DNA from: Fibrobacteria bacterium
GTDB lineage: Bacteria; Fibrobacterota; Fibrobacteria; UBA11236
Length of the DNA stretch: 64,000 bases
NCBI GenBank assembly: GCA_041746255.1
Contig: JBGTHM010000053.1
Span: 59,153 to 123,152, forward strand
Direction of reading: 5' to 3'
A program made the position numbers and the translations under genes. The first letter of the stretch is position 1. Every line of letters begins with the position of its first letter. The notes under the pieces are model-generated. The model was given only the letters and a program-made list of their open reading frames with translations. It ran no database searches and was not told where the DNA came from. Below are positions 57,694 to 64,000 of the stretch, in pieces.

Positions 57694-59994
57694 ATGCCCG
57701 TTTGCAACCTTACCCGGCCCGCAGCAATTTGGAAATGCCTGGTAGGCATGTGCCTGCTTTTTGCTGCCCAGCCGATGGCCCAGGTCAAGCCCAATATCCT
57801 TTTCATCCTGGCCGATGATCTGGGTTACAGTGATTTGAGTAGTTATGGAGGGGAAATTCCCACTCCGAATATCGACGCGCTGGCGGAGTCGGGAATCCGG
57901 TTTTCACGGTTCTATGTTTCGCCGATGTGCGTGACCACGCGGGCGGCGTTTCTCTCCGGCATGGAATATATGGCGGCGGGAGGCGGCAGTTTTCCTAAAG
58001 GCGTCAGCCTTGCCCATGTGCTCCGGCAGGCGGGATACCAAACCAGCATGGTCGGCAAAAATCACGGCATGAACAATTTCCGCATAGGCAATGCGCAAAC
58101 CGATTACGGATTTGATCATTTCTACGGTTTCTCCGGCGGTCAGATAAATAGTTTCACGGGAGCAGGCAATGTGGAATGGCAATCGGACGGAAAGATATTC
58201 CCCCACACTCAATTGCCGGCAGACTTTTACGCCACCAAAAATTTCACGGATCACGCGATTAACTTCATGAAAAAATCCCTCGCGGCGGGTAAGCCTTTTT
58301 TCAGCTATGTGGCGTATAACGCGCCGCATTCCCCACTTGACGCACCGGAACGAAACGTCAGGAAGTTTTACGATCCGCAAAAAGGAGTGGATGTTTATGC
58401 GGAGGGATGGGAGAAGCTTCGGGAAAAGCGGTTGGCCAGGCAGAAAGCCATGGGCCTTTTTCCAGCCGGAGTGAAACTGCCTGAGACGGGGCCCGAAATT
58501 CCGGATTGGAATCTGTTGCCGCAAACTTCAAACCAACCCTGGGTGCTGCAAAAGGACTTTGAATCCCTGACGAGAAGCGCCTACGCAGGCATGGTGGACA
58601 ACATGGATGAGAACGTGGGACGGCTCATCGCCTTTCTCCGGGATCCCAACAATGACGGCAATACGGATGACTCCCAACTGGAAAACACCCTGATTGTTTT
58701 CGCCTCCGATAATGGCGGATGTTACGCCGGCGTCTATACCGCACGCAATGCCTTGCCCTGGAAAAGCGGAGGATTCACCACGGATTATGGCTGGGGTTCT
58801 CTCAGCAATACCCCCTTCCGATACTACAAACACGCCAGCCACGAGGGCGGAATACGCGCGCCGCTCGTCATCCACTGGCCAAAGGGAATCACCGTCAATC
58901 GGGGCTCCATCCTGTCGCAAATGGTACGGGTATGGGATTTCTACCCGACCTTTCTGGGACTTGCCGGCGCCACCTATCCTAAAACCCACGGCGGCAAAAA
59001 CGTGAAACCGCTCATGGGTAAGAGCCTACAGCCGCTTTTCACCAATGCGGGCTTCAAGACCGAAGAGTACTTTGTTTCGGTTTACAATCGCTCCCGGGGG
59101 ATCATTAAAGACGGGTGGAAAATCGCCAATTACGGCGACGGTCCTTTCGAGCTTTTCAATCTCGAAAACGATCCCACCGAAACCAAGGATCTGGCCAAGG
59201 AGCATCCTGCAATTCTTGCCGATTACCGACGGATGTGGGAAAGCTACGCCGCCTTGCACGGCTTCACGAACAATCGGGTCTGGAACGCGCCCATGGGGGA
59301 GAAGAAACGCGGATGGGGATATGACATGATCCGGGATGGAATCAAGAATACCGTTCCCGAATATATGGCGGAGGGTGTGGCGGTGGGCGTGAAGCTGGCC
59401 TTTACCTTTATCGGTAAAATTGATTTCAGCAATACCGACGGCAAGGAAATCCGTTTGCAGAAGTATGGGGAACCGGGAATAATCTGGTCCGCGAGCCCCG
59501 ATACGAAGAGTCCCTATCAGGGAAAGACCTCCATTGTCTTTGAGAATTTCCCGGCTCTGGATTCGAGCTCCCATTATTACATAACATGGGACGCGGGGTG
59601 GGTGAAGTACGAGGAAAACGGGGCTTTCCTGAATATCCTGCCGGTACGGGAAGACGCTTATGCCTTCCGGTTCAAAACCGCGGGAAGCAAACCATCCCTG
59701 AGAGTGCTGCCGGACGTTTTTCCGGGAGGCAATGCAGGGGTATTCTCCGTGTTACGCAGGGCGGACCGAGCTTTCGGAATCCAGTTCGACTTTCCCCGGG
59801 CTACCCAAGGCCAATATTCCGTTTACGCCCTCACGGGAAAATTGATCGGAACGGCCGGTATCAAAGGGAAAAACGGCGCCATCGCCTTCTCGGAATTACG
59901 CGGCGCCCAACATGGTCTGGCTCGAGGCGTTTACCTGGGAAGGTTTACCGGCCAGGATGGGCAGACACTTGAGCATAGCATCCCCATTTTTTAA
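57694..59994 (+). CDS. Secreted arylsulfatase (S1 family) with Ig-like and C-terminal tail domains
   Basis: KPNILFILADDLGYSD, CVTTRAAFLSG, YVAYNAPH, ASDNGG, EGGIRAPL, ELFNLENDPTE. Confidence 0.9.
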   Translation: MPVCNLTRPAAIWKCLVGMCLLFAAQPMAQVKPNILFILADDLGYSDLSSYGGEIPTPNIDALAESGIRFSRFYVSPMCVTTRAAFLSGMEYMAAGGGSFPKGVSLAHVLRQAGYQTSMVGKNHGMNNFRIGNAQTDYGFDHFYGFSGGQINSFTGAGNVEWQSDGKIFPHTQLPADFYATKNFTDHAINFMKKSLAAGKPFFSYVAYNAPHSPLDAPERNVRKFYDPQKGVDVYAEGWEKLREKRLARQKAMGLFPAGVKLPETGPEIPDWNLLPQTSNQPWVLQKDFESLTRSAYAGMVDNMDENVGRLIAFLRDPNNDGNTDDSQLENTLIVFASDNGGCYAGVYTARNALPWKSGGFTTDYGWGSLSNTPFRYYKHASHEGGIRAPLVIHWPKGITVNRGSILSQMVRVWDFYPTFLGLAGATYPKTHGGKNVKPLMGKSLQPLFTNAGFKTEEYFVSVYNRSRGIIKDGWKIANYGDGPFELFNLENDPTETKDLAKEHPAILADYRRMWESYAALHGFTNNRVWNAPMGEKKRGWGYDMIRDGIKNTVPEYMAEGVAVGVKLAFTFIGKIDFSNTDGKEIRLQKYGEPGIIWSASPDTKSPYQGKTSIVFENFPALDSSSHYYITWDAGWVKYEENGAFLNILPVREDAYAFRFKTAGSKPSLRVLPDVFPGGNAGVFSVLRRADRAFGIQFDFPRATQGQYSVYALTGKLIGTAGIKGKNGAIAFSELRGAQHGLARGVYLGRFTGQDGQTLEHSIPIF

Positions 59995-60045
59995 GCGGCG
60001 AACTCCGTGCCGAAAGTGTTCGGGGAGGTATCACCGGAAAATCAT

Positions 60046-62889
60046 CTAGTCCATCGCGAAGAATTTTTGTTTCCAGGTGGATTCGCCCGATTTCACTACC
60101 AGCACATTCAGCCCGGGCCGGATTTGTGTCTTGGGAAACTCCACGAACTGACGTCCACCGGCGCCCCGGCCATTCGGAATATTGAAGAGGAGCTTTCCCT
60201 GGAGGGAGTAGACCTGCAGGGAGTAGGCTACGTCTTGGCCCAATTCGAAGAAAACCCCCTGCGACGACAGTGAATGGATGCCAAAGCGCGCGGCGAGATC
60301 CTCTTCGATGCCCGCCACGTGCGCCTTCCCCGTCTGGAGAATATTGACATGGTCCATCAAGGGTAACTTGCCGGTTGACGACAATCGGATTTCATTTTTC
60401 CCTTTGGCCAGGGTAACGGTTTTCCTATCCCATCCCCAGGTGGAATTGCCGGACGTGGTCCAGAATTCGAGAGGGCCGGCGGCGGGCTTGCCATTGATGT
60501 CTACGTTTCCCTCCAACTCCCCGGAATTCAAAGCATAGCGGAATTCCAATAGGTACTCGCCATCATGGGGAGCTTCATAATTCCAGGTGAGGCTGCCGCC
60601 CGTGCCGGCGCCGAAATCTACGAATCCCGTTCCGGTAAAACCCTTGCCCGTGGATGCTTTGCTGCCCTTCACCAGAGTGGCCTCCTCCGCCTCCAAAATC
60701 ATTCCGCCTTCGGTGGGTATGGCGGAGGCCAGGTTGGGGTTTCCCCCTACCTTATTGATGTCGCCCAAAACTTTTTGAAAGATGCCCTTCCAACTCATGG
60801 GGCCGCCGCGTCCCAGTATTTGATCGGTATACTGACTGGAGGCCACGGAAGCGTATTTGCGCCAATGTTCGGCCGCCAAGGTGGCATGGTTTACGGCAGC
60901 GGATTTATTGCCCGCCTTGTGGTCCTGGGCCGCGGAGATCTTTTCGGCGTAATAATTCCCCAGATGCGCCAAGGCCTCCAAGTCACCCAGAGTTTTGCGC
61001 AGTTCCCTGCCTCCGGCGCCGCGCAACAAAGGAACCGTGGTGAAAACCGTATTCGCATAGCCCTTCAATTCGGCCGCGACCTTGTCCCCGCCGTTATTGC
61101 CCCATAGGGCCTCAAGGACGTCGTGATATCCCGATTGGCTGCTGCTGTATTCGGGTGACCATTGGAAATCCCACTGATGCCAATGAAAGCGGTTTACTGC
61201 CGGGATTATCAGCGAAGCCGCGTTCCAGGCTTTCATCAAATTGTTGACATCCACACCGGGCATGCGTCGCTTGGCTTCTTTTTCGAATATACTTGCGGGC
61301 GTATTCGGGTTGTAGCCGAGACGGCCCCACAACTTGAAGTTATACCAATGCTTTTCCATTTCCAGTATGCGGGTGGGTTCGGGATCCTTGTCCGTGAATT
61401 CCCGGGTCCAGACGTAGCCATCGGATCCCATATGGAAGCCGACTCCGGCATTTGCGGGCGGCAGGGTTTCGATGAATTCCTTGATAAAACCATGGCTGCC
61501 GAAGCGGAAATTGAAAATATCGTCATTGCGCAGGTTCCACCAATACTTGCCGCCGGGAGGCAGGCTGCTTATATGCTCGTTTACCTTGTTTTTGACGTGC
61601 AGCTGCTTGTCGGACCAGGTATATAAATGGGCAAAAGCGTATTTATAGCTGTAATTGAAGGTGATTCCCGGGTCATCGATCAGGGGCTTGAATATCCTGT
61701 TGATGACATTGGCATCCGACCACCAGTTCCGATGCACGAATTCCAACCTTCTTTCCGGATTTTCCTTCCGATATTCCAGGAAGGCTTTCCCATAAGCTTC
61801 AAACAGCCATTGTTCCTTCTCCTCCACGCCGCCTTTGGAAAATCCCTCGCCGGCGGTGATGCCTATACCCGCCAGGTGTGGGTAGGTGGCCAACATGGCT
61901 TTGACGCTTTCACGGAAATATTCCTTTAGGTTCGCGTTGGATTGCCAATTGTTCTGATTGATGCCATGTTTGCCTTCCGCGCCGAATAAAAAAATGTTCC
62001 AGGTGTAGAAGTAGAAGGAGATGCCTCGGTCATGGCCGTATTGCATCACCTGTTGCCAGAACTTGATTTTTTCATCGATGGAAAGGGTTTTAATGGTTTT
62101 AAGATTCGCCAGGATTTCCGCATCCGCCTGATTGCCGCCGTCATTGCTGTAACTGGAATATTTTTTTTTGAAGTCGATACCGTCCGCCACCTTGACGTCC
62201 GCCAGGGCCACCTGGGGAAACTTTTCCACTTTGACTAAGGATGGGAAGGGATGGCAGTTCCATAAAGTATAAGCGTTGTACCGGTTACGGGCCATTCTGT
62301 CCAACTGCTCGGTCCAGAAATTCATGTCCCAAACTTCTTTGATGCTTTGCTGGGCGGCGGTGCCCCAATCGGCATAAGCGGGGTTGCGCGCATCGAGGGG
62401 AATGTTCATCTTGATTCCACGTTTTTCGAGGTAAGGATTATGGTCCCCCGGAACAATTGCGGCGAGGCCGCCATCAATAATGGACTCAGCAATATCAAAG
62501 CCGCCGTATAGGGTTCCGATCCTGTCTCTGCCGATGACCCAATAAATGGTTTTTCCGTTTTGAGTGGTTACGCGCAGGGAAAAACCTTCCGCCTTCAACG
62601 AGGCGGGTAGGTTACCACCATTGGCCTGGAGGGCAGTTTTGGCCTCACCATCGTTCCAGGTGGCCAATACCACCTGCGTGTTTGAGGCGGCTTGATTCAA
62701 CCCGGTCAACGGCGCTTCCATGACATTATGGCCTGCGGAAACCAAAGCCTTTTTGATGTCATCCGCCGCAACTTTAATCGTGGGGTTGGCGGGGTCCTTA
62801 ATAAGGGTAATTTCGGCTGCGGACGGATTCCCAAGTGCCGCTACCCAGACCAGCAAGACGAAAAATTTCACATGTAACCGGTTTTTCAT
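60046..62889 (-). CDS. Secreted glycoside hydrolase-like protein (GH115/GH67-like N-terminus) with CBM6/35 module and C-terminal tail
   Basis: AEGFSL...GRDRIGTLYG, RGIKMNIPLDARNPAY, MARNRYN..TLW; LEAEEA...GFTGTGFVDF CBM; YSLQGKLL tail. Confidence 0.7.
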   Translation of the reverse strand: MKNRLHVKFFVLLVWVAALGNPSAAEITLIKDPANPTIKVAADDIKKALVSAGHNVMEAPLTGLNQAASNTQVVLATWNDGEAKTALQANGGNLPASLKAEGFSLRVTTQNGKTIYWVIGRDRIGTLYGGFDIAESIIDGGLAAIVPGDHNPYLEKRGIKMNIPLDARNPAYADWGTAAQQSIKEVWDMNFWTEQLDRMARNRYNAYTLWNCHPFPSLVKVEKFPQVALADVKVADGIDFKKKYSSYSNDGGNQADAEILANLKTIKTLSIDEKIKFWQQVMQYGHDRGISFYFYTWNIFLFGAEGKHGINQNNWQSNANLKEYFRESVKAMLATYPHLAGIGITAGEGFSKGGVEEKEQWLFEAYGKAFLEYRKENPERRLEFVHRNWWSDANVINRIFKPLIDDPGITFNYSYKYAFAHLYTWSDKQLHVKNKVNEHISSLPPGGKYWWNLRNDDIFNFRFGSHGFIKEFIETLPPANAGVGFHMGSDGYVWTREFTDKDPEPTRILEMEKHWYNFKLWGRLGYNPNTPASIFEKEAKRRMPGVDVNNLMKAWNAASLIIPAVNRFHWHQWDFQWSPEYSSSQSGYHDVLEALWGNNGGDKVAAELKGYANTVFTTVPLLRGAGGRELRKTLGDLEALAHLGNYYAEKISAAQDHKAGNKSAAVNHATLAAEHWRKYASVASSQYTDQILGRGGPMSWKGIFQKVLGDINKVGGNPNLASAIPTEGGMILEAEEATLVKGSKASTGKGFTGTGFVDFGAGTGGSLTWNYEAPHDGEYLLEFRYALNSGELEGNVDINGKPAAGPLEFWTTSGNSTWGWDRKTVTLAKGKNEIRLSSTGKLPLMDHVNILQTGKAHVAGIEEDLAARFGIHSLSSQGVFFELGQDVAYSLQVYSLQGKLLFNIPNGRGAGGRQFVEFPKTQIRPGLNVLVVKSGESTWKQKFFAMD

Positions 62890-63334
62890 AATTGTTCTTT
62901 CAATCCAGGCTGATGGCCAAAGCTGCTTAACAACTCTCTTATTTCGCCCTTTTTTACACATTAATTTATATCATCGACTTCCCTTATACCGCCGATTTTT
63001 ACCCGATGGGGCAAAGACGGGAATCCCCGTACTCTGTGGGAGACTGTTTATTGCTTTATCTTCCTCATTTTTCACTATTCAACTTACTCACCTTCCGGTG
63101 TCTGTCAGGGTTATAGCCACAATAGGAGGATTCAATGCGGAATACATGGCGGGTCCATACAGTGGTAGCCATACCTTGTCCGGTGTGCGTTGCGTACTCA
63201 TTGGAGTACGCCTCCTCGAAAATGGAACGGCCTTTCGGGTTCAATGCCTTAGGCAATACCTTATATTAACCAAGCTTGATATGGGGGCGGCAACGCGGTT
63301 AAGGAGCCTGACCCTTAATTTTCGTGAGGGCATA

Positions 63335-63892
63335 ATGAAAAAAATAATCGTATTAGTCATGCTTGGGATATCCACCTGGCTGACGCCCGTCAACGCGCAA
63401 CAACTCCTGTGGCAGAACGATGGGAAATTTAATTACCCTACCCACTTTTCAAAAACTCCCAACAGCCCCAATCAGAAACCGGAAATACATCCCGGCTACA
63501 CGGGCTCGCTTGCTCACTCCGCCGACCAAAACTATAAAGTGGGCGGCTTGGCATGGTTGCCGAACGGAGATATGGTGTTATTGGAATGCGGTCAATTATA
63601 TAAGGTTGACGGCCGGGTGCATATCATCAAAAACGCGGACGGTCCTGCCAATCAAGTAACCTCAAAAATCATTCTCGAAGGCTTCTGGGAACCCTTGGGC
63701 ATTCAGGTCATAGACGGGATTATTTATGTGATGGATCAGCATGGCTTGTGGAAACTGGAGGAAACAGGTGGCGTTTATGCGAAAACAATGGTTATGAAAC
63801 GCCCTATTCCCGAAAAGGGAATCAACCGATTATCACCCCAAGCTTTTACTTTTGAACATCATTGCAAAATCCGGTTCATGGTGACCGGCTAA
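63335..63892 (+). pseudogene. Secreted beta-propeller-type protein truncated by an IS-like insertion
   Basis: GAGGG RBS, signal peptide MKKIIVLV; VGGLAWLPNGDM, GFWEPLGI blades; the frame runs into the repeat array at 63863 and stops. Confidence 0.6.
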
Positions 63893-64000
63893 TCCGATTC
63901 AAAGTGACCGGCCGATCCGGTTCAAGATGACCGGTTCGGACGATTGACCCGAGGGTGAAAATCCGGTTCAAAGTGACCGGTTTTCGTCCTTCTCAATCCA
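63863..64000. mobile_element. Terminus of an IS21-family-like insertion sequence
   Basis: Begins TG; 23-bp-period repeats ATCCG(G/A)TTCA-N3-TGACCGG at 63869, 63892, 63915 and 63961. No transposase in the window. Confidence 0.65.

Noticed and set aside
62720..63334. N-terminal extension of the 390-aa ORF
   Set aside because: Overlaps the opposite-strand gene and the promoter region; the RBS and signal peptide point to ATG 63335.
63869..63982. Repeats as a CRISPR array
   Set aside because: The units are directly adjacent and degenerate, with no regular unique spacers and no cas genes; an IS end fits better.

Overview
Bacterial chromosomal segment. The many secreted proteins with short T9SS/FlgD-like C-terminal tails suggest Fibrobacterota or an FCB-group relative (inference). 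From the start: a Pho-box-controlled pstSCA operon, then an unusual signalling locus (Ser/Thr kinase-PEGA, TPR membrane protein, secreted VIT-domain protein, lipoprotein, FHA-GAF sigma54 activator, cohesin-dockerin protein, sensor-less His kinase). That locus has up to three sigma54 promoters, two of them with the same tandem enhancer-like palindromes. Next come phoR, a giant secreted Ig/Fn3-associated protein and an RND efflux operon ending in a small protein that resembles the pump's last TM helix. These are followed by a Na/Pi cotransporter, a DrrAB-type ABC exporter, ArsR/SRPBCC, carbonic anhydrase, TspO, a phosphoesterase with a probable ATT start, a U32 protein, a kinase-like hypothetical and LsrF. 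The right half is rich in secreted glycan-active proteins, and also holds an lspA remnant and a putative metal-handling thioredoxin/beta-barrel/CDF operon. An IS21-like terminal repeat array truncates the last gene. No rRNA, tRNA or CRISPR array was seen. All calls come from motif recognition by eye, with no database searches.
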